The notes under the pieces are model-generated. The model had not been told where the DNA came from, did not search any database, and worked only from the letters and a program-made list of their open reading frames with translations. A stretch of 63,614 bases of DNA, the filler included, from Octopus bimaculoides (lineage: Eukaryota), in NCBI RefSeq assembly GCF_001194135.2. It is 5 parts of 5 records of this genome, joined end to end, with 100 filler letters (N's around TTAATTAATTAA, not from the genome) between each part and the next. Parts side by side here need not be neighbours in the genome. Positions count along the whole stretch, not along the records: positions 1 to 29,964 come from NC_069002.1; 4 more parts are not named here. One strand, given 5' to 3'. The translations under genes and the position numbers were made by a program. Of this stretch, positions 1 through 10,385 are shown in pieces (position 1 is the stretch's first letter; each line of letters starts with the position of its first letter).

Positions 1-833
1 ATATATATATATATATAATATCGAGGTCTCTTTCTTTTGTTTGTTTTTTTGTTGTCATTTCTATCAACATATATATGTGTGTGTGTATGACAATACTTTC
101 AGTTTCCGTCTACCAAATCTATTCACAAAGCTTTGGTGAGCCTGAGTCTCTAGAAGAGGATACTTGCCTAAAATATCATCCATTGGAGCTGAACGCAAGA
201 CAACACTGGTTGGGAAACAAGCTTTTTAACCATACAGACACGCCTATACCTATTGCGTACATGCACTCATACGCACACAAATATTACAAACTTTCTAAGT
301 TTTCACGGTCCACTGCCAACACCCTTTGTTTGTTTTTTTTAAATAAAAACGTGTGGTATTTGTAAAAGATCAATGAAGATGACTGAGTGGAAAATATTTC
401 GGGGTAGGCGAGGGCATTCTGCATACTAAGTACAAAAGTGTCCCGCATATTTCAATACACTTTTGTTAAAAAAAAATTCGATAAAATGAGGTTATCCAAG
501 CTCTCTTTAGATGTGTTTGAAATTAAAATTTTTTTGTGAAAAAAACCATTAAAGGAAATTTCTCCCAAAAGACCAGCCAATCGATATTTAGAGCAATATA
601 GACGATGCAGGTGTTTACAGCGTGTCTGTTCTTTAAAGGCAACCGGTAAATGCAGCTGATCTGTTTCTGTGTCATTAACCTTCTCAGCGAAGCATAGGGA
701 ATCTAGTTATGAATGTATAACAAAGTCTGACTCAAACATATTTGTATTTAGTAGGCAGAACGTTCCTCGGAATTTCTCTCCATCAGCTATATTATATATT
801 CATTATTACCGTCACTACATACCCCGTATAGAC

Positions 834-865
<32 letters not shown>

Positions 866-3800
866 GATGAAGGAAAATGTTCTCTATGTGGCCTCTGTGT
901 GTTCTGTACTCTGGTTATTATTATTTTTTTGTCTACGTTTTGTTTGCAATGTCCTGTACCCAGATATGCACCTATATATACAGGTAAACGTAGGTATGCA
1001 CATACCTGTACGTGTATATGCATATACTCATTTTAGTGGCAAATATACTTCGCTTTATCGTGCAGTTACTGTTAATACCTCGTTCAGAGATTTAACATTT
1101 ATTATTTGTTATATATATATATATATATATGTATGTATATATATATATACTTGTTTGTGTATATTGATTGATCACTTTTAGTCTTTTGATTAAATATAGA
1201 ATGATTTGCTGAGGAGGTCTAGTAAAAGCCGCTACATGTTTGTTGTATATACCAATTTCTTTACAAACAAATTCAACTGCATTGTTTATTGTTTATTGTC
1301 CAAAAGTTTTGAGCGACTTATTGGAGTTACCTCCCTTACTTTTTCTACAGATTTCAAACACTCCCAGAGGGAGTTTATATTTGCTAATTACTTGGATAAT
1401 CTCTGTGGATCATTTTTTAAAATTTATCTCATTGTGTGGGTACCTACAATGTGTGTGTGTGTGTAGAAAGAGAGAGAGAGAGCATGTTTATATTATGAAT
1501 GAATTACGTTCTGTGAATTATTAATGGGTACATATATATATTTGTATGTATTAATAATTTTTAAGTAGCTACTGTAATTGTTGAATATATAAACAGATTG
1601 ACTGCTTGTTTCTCTGGGAATGGTGAAATTGATGTAGACGCTGCTGATGAGAATTCGATCAGATTGGAAAATCGATTAAGGTTTTTCATTTTTCAGTCTA
1701 CGGAAATACAGTTAAATTAGCCCTGTTTATATAAGTGTTTTATACGTTACATATATATGTATGTATACGTTTGTATATACGTACAAAGTGGTCCAAAATT
1801 TGAGCTACCATTTAATATGTATGTAGAGCGAATGTCGTTTAGCATTGGGTTCCCAGTCCGATATATATCTGATGTGTATCGGTATATGTGTGTGTGTGCC
1901 CACCAATTTTTGCTCCACATTAAATTCCAATGTAATCATAATCTACACTATATTAAAGGAATTTGTAGAAAATTTCACTAAAATGTACCCGTTTTTCTGT
2001 AAGTTATAAGGAAACAAAGCTGATTATGTGAATTTTCCGAAACTCATGTCCCCTCCCGCCTCGGAAAAAAATTTCACAACAAATTCCGATATAATAGAAA
2101 TCTATACTATGTGAAAAGTATTTGTAGAAAATTTCTTCAAAAATATCCATTTTTCTGAAAGTTATGAGGAAGTAAAATCGGGTGGGGGTGTACTTCTTTA
2201 TGTATACTTTGTATGTATGGATGGATGGATGTATGTATGTAAAGAAGTACAATTGCATTTAAAGTACTTACGAAATCTAAATATTTATTGTTTATAAACT
2301 TTTCCAAATGTTTACGGAACGAATACTATTTTATGAGTTGGTTGCTGTCACGCAAACACAAATGTATGTGTCTATTCGAAATGTGAATTTATAGATTCGT
2401 TGATAGAATTTTCAAGAAGCGAAACTCAAAGTAGCATCAGAAGGAAAACCCAAGCACTACAAAATATAAACTTAAACCTTAGTGTGTTCATATTTGTGTT
2501 ATCCACATTTTTAAAGTTTTGACTGATGGGGGGCGGGGTTCCTTTGTTTGTTATTTTCCGTGTTATGTTTGGGTGGGTATTCGTTTGTCTGACAATATTG
2601 GTAAAAATTTCCGACAATATTAATGTATGCAAATCTCGATAAGCGACTGGATATATGTGTATGTGTGTGTGTTTCATTAAATATTAGTCTGCACACACAG
2701 TTTTAAGCCTTTAAATTTCCTCTCCCTACACAAGAAACAATTTCGACCACATACATGAATGTGCACGATTGTATTCTGTGTGCGAAATTGTTTCTTATGT
2801 TTTTTTTTTCTGTAATACATTCATGTTATATACGTCATACAAGCAAACTGTTTACGTCGGCAACATATACACACACACATACACATAAGCATATGTACAC
2901 ATACATTTATATTTATATTTAAAGATGAATTGTGTGGTGGGGGGTAAATGCTTACACATATGTTAGTGTTCGTTTGATTTTTATCGAAGAGGGATTATAT
3001 CGGCAATCTGTTCCGAATGGCACCAAAAAGTATCAAGTCTTTTTGTAATCAGTGTTTTTTTTTTTAACTTTTCATCATCGTCATCATCATTACTAACTAC
3101 AAGACTTTTTTCTGGACTGCGTTGTAAACGTTCTACCCTAAGAACATTATAGTCTCCATGGCAATAAGCACCCTCCTGCCCCCACCCCGTGTCACTTTTA
3201 AAATTTTATTTATTTATGTATATTTCGGCGATTTCTTCGTGTTTCTGTTTTCATCAGAGATTGTTTTACTTTCTTAAACTTTAACCTTCCTCTTTTCCAA
3301 ATACAACCCGGATATAACTTTTTTCATTTTTGATTTTTTTCCGAAAACGTTTCCAAATTGTTTTAGACATAAGGAAGTTAATAACATTAAAAAAAGAAAT
3401 TACGAGTTCAATTTTTAATTGGATCTTTTTGCGTTAACACAATTCTTTCGGTTTTATTGAGAATTTCTACACATGTAGTTGTTTTTTAATGCCAATTACG
3501 AAAATCACAGCTATTTTGGGAGAAATTAATGAATCTTTATTTTTTGTAATTTTAGCCAATCAGATTTATCCATTCTGAACAACCCATCTAGCTGACGATG
3601 CTATTTGTGTCTGTTCCCATAGCAACGTATTGAAACCCTCTTGGAGCTTAGGGTATAGGGCTAAGTTTAGAACTAGTGTGAGGGCTTGCAGTGTATAGCA
3701 AAATTTCATTGCAAGCGTTAATTCGTTGTTTTCTTTCATTAAATATTTTCATCTTTAAATCTTTTGTAACATTTTTATTAATTTCTCAAGAACATAAGAA

Positions 3801-3879
3801 ATACAGCTTTTTCCAAATTATCAGCATGATGTATAGGGAAAAGAAGTGTATAACATGTTAAGATAAAAAAATTTGTGAA

Positions 3880-4420
3880 AATGTAATTTGCATCACAGAA
3901 TTCCAACACCTTTATTCCTTCCATTTCTAGAACCAAAAAACGTAACTGCCATGCACACTATGAAATTTGTTGGAGTGCTGCCCGATATGTCTTTTGAAAT
4001 CACCAGCCATTATAAGGACATTGCCATCTGTCACCAAAGTCGTCTACAGAAGGCTTCATAGAAATGGCTCTTCTGTTGATCTGCTAGTCCAAATCATGGT
4101 GCATACCCTCAGATATATGATGTTGTAGTTTAATCTAATACTAGTCTTAGCTTAACAATCCTATCACACACTCTGATAACCTTGATCACTTTATCTGCCC
4201 ATTTCTCAGTCAAGAATATACCTACACCACCCATGCCATCTGCTACATACCCAAAAGAGTTTGTACCTTTGTTCCTTGCTCATGATGAGTCTAGTAAAGG
4301 CTTCCCTCCATCTTACCTCTTGCACACTGCATATCTATATGCTTCTGCCGTAACATTTCGACAGTCGCATTGGACTGGCTATTTGTATTCCGTACTTCTG
4401 TATTCCATGCAAATTAATCC
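3880..4420 (-). mobile_element. RTE-clade LINE remnant, APE endonuclease region (decayed)
   Basis: The minus strand translates, with stops and shifts, to ..CVQEVRWRE..GMGGVGIFLTEKWADKVIKVIRVCDRIVKLRL..LIMAGDFKRHIG..HSVHGSY. These are APE motifs (QEVRW, GGVG, GDF). Confidence 0.8.
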
Positions 4421-4584
4421 TGTTTCTGTTATGTTCATTACATTGGCCATGTCTATTTTAATTGTGAGTAATCAGTGGTTTTGGAGCGATGGTTTTGTTT
4501 ATAGCAAATGGTATTTAAATACCCTATTGAATTTGAATTTAGTTTATATATATCATCATCATCATATATATATATACATACATA

Positions 4585-5210
4585 CATGGTAGTGAGATGT
4601 GGGCTCTGAATGCAGAGGACATGTGAAGGTTAGAGAAAAATGAGGCTAGTACACTCCACTGGATGTGTAATGTAAGTGTACATGTTTGACATTGTGCTAG
4701 TGTACTAGGAGAGAAGTTAGGCATAAGAGGAATGAGTTGCTGTGTGCAAGAGAGAAGACTGTTGGTTTGGTCATGTGATGTGGATGGATACTGAGAACTC
4801 CATAAAGAATTACTGATCCCTTAAAGTAGATGGAACACATGGAAGTGGTAGGCCCAGGAAGACATGGGACAAAGTACTGAAGAATGACCTCAGGATGCTG
4901 AACCTTTTAGGTGAGATGACAAAGGATGGAGGTGCCTGGTGGCTTGCTGTACTCAAGAAGACCTGTACTCTACATTAGAAGTATTAAGACCAGTCCCCCT
5001 GGTGGTAAGGATTGACCTGCAAGAGACCTGTGCTGGTGCCATGTACTTATGGCAGTGCCACATAAAAGTGCCCATGTAAAAGCAACCAGCACACTCTGTA
5101 AAGTGGTTGGCGTTTGGAAGGGCATACAGCTGTAGAAACCAAGCCAAATCAGACTGGAGCCTGGTGCAGCTTTCCAGCAGGGACAATAGATGTTAAATGA
5201 TGATGAATGA
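4585..5210 (+). mobile_element. RTE-clade LINE 3' remnant (ORF C-terminus, 3' UTR and GAT tail)
   Basis: Reads HGSEMWALNAEDM*RLEKNEASTLHWMCNVSV...FGHVMWMD...GRPRKTWDKVLKNDL, followed by the shared 3' UTR (TTGGCGTT.GGAAGGGCAT.CAGCTGTAGAAAC) and a (GAT)n tail. Confidence 0.8.
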
Positions 5211-5211
5211 A

Positions 5212-5256
<45 letters not shown>

Positions 5257-5334
5257 NNNNNNNNNNNNNNNNNNNNNNNNNNNNNNNNNNNNNNNNNNNN
5301 NNNNNNNNNNNNNNNNNNNNNNNNNNNNNNNATA

Positions 5335-5529
5335 TATGGGGAGAATTCACAAAAAAAGACAAAAGACGAAGACAGGTGGTGTAGAAGACAAACAGATGTA
5401 TTAGTATAATGCTCGGGAATTGAAAAAGTCTTTAACGTTTCGAGCCTACACTCTTCCATAGAAAGGAACACAGAAAGAAACAAGCAGAGAAAAAAAATGT
5501 GTGTAGTGGTTAGCGATCTATCATGGCGA

Positions 5530-5530
<1 letters not shown>
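5335..5530 (-). mobile_element. Second Penelope-like short repeat family with a decayed hammerhead (5430-5465)
   Basis: The minus strand reads CTTT-CTATGGA-A-GAGT-gtag-GCTC-GAAA-CGTT-AAAG. Stems I and II and GAAACGTT are retained; the core has two changes from CTGANGA. A related fragment lies at ~5707-5770. Confidence 0.5.
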
Positions 5531-5562
<32 letters not shown>

Positions 5563-5565
<3 letters not shown>

Positions 5566-5706
5566 CATCATCATCGTTTAACGTCTGCTTTCCATGCTAG
5601 CATGGGTTGGACGATTTGACTGAGGACTGGTGAAACCAGATGGCTACATCAGGCTCCAGTCTGATTTGGCAGAGTTTCTACAGCCGGATGCCCTTCCTAA
5701 CGCCAG
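5563..5706 (-). mobile_element. RTE 3' tail fragment
   Basis: catcatcatcgtttaacgtctgctttccatgctagcatgggttggacg...ggatgcccttcctaacgcca is the reverse complement of the tail at 48270-48400. Confidence 0.75.
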
Positions 5707-6402
5707 TTGGAATTTACAAAAACACAAGCAAGACAAAAGACAAAGACGGGTGTGTAAACAACGCATTGACTGCAGCATCAGAGCACTTTAGCTCTTATTT
5801 GTAGCACTCTAGCTCCTATTGAATGACAATTATAGTTTTCCTTTTTGGTGATACATTGCTAAACCACTGCCTAATTTAATTGTGTGTGTGTGTATGTATA
5901 TATGTTTGTGTATATGTCTGTGTGTGCATGTGTGTTATGTTTATTTTTAGTTAAGACGAATTAACCCTGCATGTGATCTGAAGTTTATTATCCAAAAATG
6001 CTTAATATATACCACATACACTGGAAATCAAAGGATCTTGGGAAACTTGAACTGTAATTAGATTTAATACAAACAGTGTGTGGTTGTTTTGACTTTGCAT
6101 GTTTGAGTTCTAACCCTGTTATGGTCAACTTTGACCTTCATTTTTCCTGAATTGATAAAATAAGAACTACTCATGTACCAAGACTATTTTACTCATCTCT
6201 TCCAACGTAGCCTGTGATTTTCTGCTGAGGAGTAGTAGTACCAAGGTGAACTTAGCAGTTTCTAGTAACAACTAATTACATTCTGAGTTCATGCACCACA
6301 AATGTAGCCTTTGCCTTCATCTTTCTGATGCTGGTTACCGTGAGGACCACCCAAATACATATCTATATTAATCCTCTATGTACTACGTTAACCCTCTAAA
6401 CC

Positions 6403-6560
6403 AGTGATTCTCAATCGGAGTCCATATAAGATTTTGGGGGGCCTACACAGCAAAATAATATATTGAGGATTCACAATAGTATTTTAAGGACCCCTGAAAA
6501 ATTTTGCTTTAGATATATGTATTGGTGTGTATTGCAAGAAACAGCCAAGTTTCTTTCTCT
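6403..6560. mobile_element. hAT-like MITE fragment
   Basis: Begins CAGTGATTCTCAA, resembling hAT/Charlie-type termini. The other end was not identified. Confidence 0.4.
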
Positions 6561-6754
6561 AATTCTTGGACTTCCAAGGTTGGATAGTTTGACAGGAGCT
6601 GGCCAGACACCAACTGTCCATCTGTTGTGACATGGTTTCCTAATGCCACCACTTTACAGGGTGTACTGGGTGCTTTTTATGTGTGTTTATGCAGTACCAG
6701 CACAAGTGCATTTTATGTGGCACCATCACCTCTAAAGGATAAGCCTCTATGTAA

Positions 6755-6982
6755 TAATCCTTTCTACTAAAGGCACAAAAGCTAAAATTTTGTTTTGGGC
6801 CAGGAGGGGACTAGTCTATTATATCAGCCCCAGTGCTTCACTGGTACTTGATTTATTGACTCTAAGAGGATGAAAGGCAAAGTCGACCCCAGCAGAATTT
6901 GAACCCAGAACATAGTGACAGGTAAAATACTGCTAAGCATTTTGTCTAGCATGCTAACAATTCTGCCAGTTCACCACCTTAA
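6755..6982 (-). mobile_element. SINE family B (Meta-domain-like), degenerate
   Basis: Reverse complement of the family B consensus (gaaaggcaaagtcgacc..gaatttgaac.cagaac..gctaagcatttt..ctgccagttcacc). Confidence 0.75.
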
Positions 6983-6994
6983 ACCTATATGTAA

Positions 6995-7250
6995 TAATGA
7001 CCATGATTTTATTTAGCCTGACGTGTCTTCTCAAGTACAGCAAATTGCCACAACACTTGGTCCCTTGTCATTTCTTCAGTGAGGCCCAGCATCTGATGAT
7101 CCTTTCTTACCACTTCATCTCACATCTTCCTGGGCCTACACCTTCTACAGGTTCCCTCCACAATTAGAAATCAGCCCTTCTGTACACAGCCATCTTCAAC
7201 CATATGCAGAATGTCAGATAAAATATCTTGTGGTGTTTAGTTACATCCTT
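6995..7250 (-). mobile_element. RTE LINE C-terminal remnant
   Basis: The minus strand reads ..VEGTCRRCRPRKM*DEVVRKDHQMLGLTEEMTRDQ.., paralleling GRPRKTWD..V..D at ~4850. Confidence 0.65.
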
Positions 7251-7488
7251 ACATAACTTTGCAATAGCAAATTACTTATCAGATAATGGAATCACTATTC
7301 TGACAGCCCCAACACCACTTAATTTATGGCCTTGTGTCTGTACAAAAACCATAATTCCTTTCTTTTATCTGTTATGTTAGAGTATCAATTCTCAAAATAT
7401 TTATCAATTTATGAAGAACTACAACTATGAACTCTTGTTTTCTTGACTTTTTTTATTTTGGTTAATTATATTTATATACGCATTTTTA

Positions 7489-7998
7489 TACTCTTTACTC
7501 TTTTACTTGTTTCAGTCATTTGACTGCGGCCATGCTGAAGCACCACCTTTACGAATCAAATCGACCCCAGGACGTATTCTTTTGTAAGCCTAGTACTTAT
7601 TCTATCGGTCTTTTTTTGCCGAACCGCTAAGTTACGGGGACGTAAACACACCAGCATCAGTTGTCAAGTGANNNNNNNNNNTTGCCGAACCGCTAAGTTA
7701 CGGGGACGTAAACACACCAGCATCAGTTGTCAAGTGATGGTGGGGGAACAAACACAGACACACAAACATATACACACATATGCATATATATATTTATATA
7801 CATATATACGACAGGCTTCTTTCAGTTTCCGTCTACCAAATCCACTCACAAGGCTTTGGTTGGCCCTAGGCTATAGTAGAAGACACCTACCCAAGGTGCC
7901 ACGCAGTGGGAATGAACCCGGAACCATGTGGTTGGTAAGCAAGCTACTTAAGCAAGCTACTTAAACAAGCTACTTACCACACAGCCACTCCTGCGCCT
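7489..7998 (-). mobile_element. tRNA-derived SINE family A (CORE-like, OR-type octopus SINE)
   Basis: Reverse complement of the 10006 and 15552 copies. It spans a 10-N gap with duplicated overlap. Confidence 0.85.
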
Positions 7999-8398
7999 AT
8001 AAGTATTTTATAAATGCTTTGATATCATAATCCACTGCTTTTCCATATTTTATTTTATTTTACTTCCTTTCTGTTTTGTTAACAAGTCCCTAATCTACTC
8101 TGATCCAAGAGACTTGCTCAAAGACGTTCTAACCATTATCACCTCATCTTTTAGAACCACGTTATCCAATGTATTCTTTCTTTTCCTTTAATAGGGGAGG
8201 GTGTGATTGGAGGGCAGTTTGGATGTTCTTTCTAGTATGTTGTTTGCCCATGTAGAGGCTCCCTCGCTGGCTCATAATACAAGTTGCACATGACGTGGAT
8301 GTTAGTTTATCATCTTTAAACCTAGTTACCTCCCTCAATTTCACTATTACACTGCACCGTCATTTCCCTCCTTCTCCCTCCCCCCCTGTGTATGTGTC

Positions 8399-8446
<48 letters not shown>

Positions 8447-8512
8447 CATATATTTCATTTTTTGTCATTTTATCTAGTTTCAGCTCATGAGCTGTGGCCA
8501 TGCTGGGGCACC

Positions 8513-8682
8513 AAACGTCTAGTTAGAATAAAGGCAGCTGACGAAGGATTAATTCCAAGTGGCTATCTGTTTTCCTATGTGTTCGTTCCGTTGTCTGTAG
8601 TTCATTGTTCTAACATCCTGTACCCTGATATGCATCTATATACACATGTAGATGTAAGTATGTACATATATGTGTGTATACA

Positions 8683-8690
<8 letters not shown>
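8513..8690 (+). repeat. Unclassified dispersed repeat (GCTGAYGAAGG...CCTGTACCCWGATATGCA family)
   Basis: Near-identical to 21220-21395. Related copies lie at ~866-1035 (+) and ~19150-19310 (-), all next to (TA)n. Confidence 0.8.
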
Positions 8691-8756
<66 letters not shown>

Positions 8757-9370
8757 ATCACTTTCTCAACGTCTCTGCTTTACTGGTACCACCAGTCAAT
8801 GCTGGTCTATTTCTGTTTGTCTAGTCACTGACTAAGCTTGTAGCATATATGCACTCTCTCTCTCTCTCACACACACATACACACACTTGTGAGGGGGCTA
8901 GGGTGGAGTGTGTCTGTATGTATGTGTGAATGTGTGCCTACATGTAGAGACCATGAGTCACTGCCAGTGATTTGTACTCTTTATCTCAGTATGTTTTCAT
9001 GACCATCCATTTCTCATCCCAGTCCACTTTACTCCACTCTCTCTGTCTTTCTCTTCCACTCTCTCTCATTCTCTATCTCTCTTTTCCTCTCTCTATCGCC
9101 CATGCTCTCCCCCTCTGTCTCATGAGCCAATGAGTGAACCTCTACGGACGTTATTTGTGCAGCAAGAAATAGCTGCCAAATCACCCTCATATCACACTGT
9201 CTGTAAAAGAAAGGGTGATGTGGTCCTAGATACGTAGTTCCTAGAAAAAAAAGATGGACTAGTCTCATCAGGAACGACTTTTGATCATAAATCTTTACTT
9301 TGCACAGAGGTGATCTATGACAAAATGGCAACAGCTTCTCCATCGTGTGGTCATCATCACTTCGAAACAC

Positions 9371-9413
<43 letters not shown>

Positions 9414-10005
9414 ACTCCCTCTCATACTATCTTCCTCATCAAGAATTTCTCTCATGGCCCCTTCCTGCTTATGCGCCAATACTTGTACTCCCTATCAACA
9501 CCACCCCCTGTGCTCCAGCTGTTTACATCTCAGTCAGTTTCAGTTCTAAACTCTCACCCCTATTTCACACTCACACCACCACCATCACACGAAGGGAATC
9601 ACTACCTCCACCTCCTCCTTCCCCCCACCAACCACTCCACTGTAACCCCTTCCTTCTCTTTGGCCCACTGTAACTTGAATTATGAGTGACTGCGTGGTGT
9701 GTGGGAGGATGTTGGTGTGGGGAAGGGGACGGAAGTGTAATGTGGCCACAGCTAGGTAAAGAGAGGTGTGTTTCCCCTCCATCCAACATCTCCGTCACCA
9801 CTCTAAATGTACTGACTGTGTCAGATATAACCATAGTAACTATTTTACTTGCAGGAAGAACCAGTTTCTAGTAGAAAAAAAAAATAACTTGAAATTAGTA
9901 CAGACATAAAATTATGAGTAGAACAATAAAGGGTTATCTTGTACTTTGACTGTGAGAATTAAAAATTATGTCAATTTATGAATATAGTTTTAACAAATGG
10001 TTAGG

Positions 10006-10385
10006 AGGTGCAGGAGTGGCTGTGTGGTAAGTAGCTTGCTTACCAACCACATAGTTCCGGGTTCAGTCCCACTGCGTGGCACCTTGGGCAAGTGTCTTCT
10101 ACTATAGCTTCGGGCCGACCAAAGCCTTGCGAGTGAATTTGGTAGACGGAAACTGAAAAAAGCCCGTCGTATATATGTATATATATATATGTATGTGTTT
10201 GTTCCCCCAACATCGCTTGACAACCGATGCTGGTGTGTTTACGTCCCCGTAACTTAGCGGTTCGGCAAAAGAGACCGATAGAATAAGTACTAAGCTTCCA
10301 AAGAATAAGTCCTGGGGTCGATTTTCTTGACTAAAGGCGGTGCTCCAGCATGGCCACAGTCAAATGACTGAAACAAGTAAAAGAT
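10006..10385 (+). mobile_element. tRNA-derived SINE family A, full length
   Basis: A box TGGCTGTGTGG, B box GGTTCAGTCCC, CORE-like GGCACCTTGGGCAAGTGTCTT, internal (TA)n, and tail ATGACTGAAACAAGTAAAAGA. Confidence 0.9.

Noticed and set aside
7620-7730. Apparent ~50-bp tandem duplication within a SINE
   Set aside because: The two copies flank a 10-N gap, which is typical of unmerged contig overlap.
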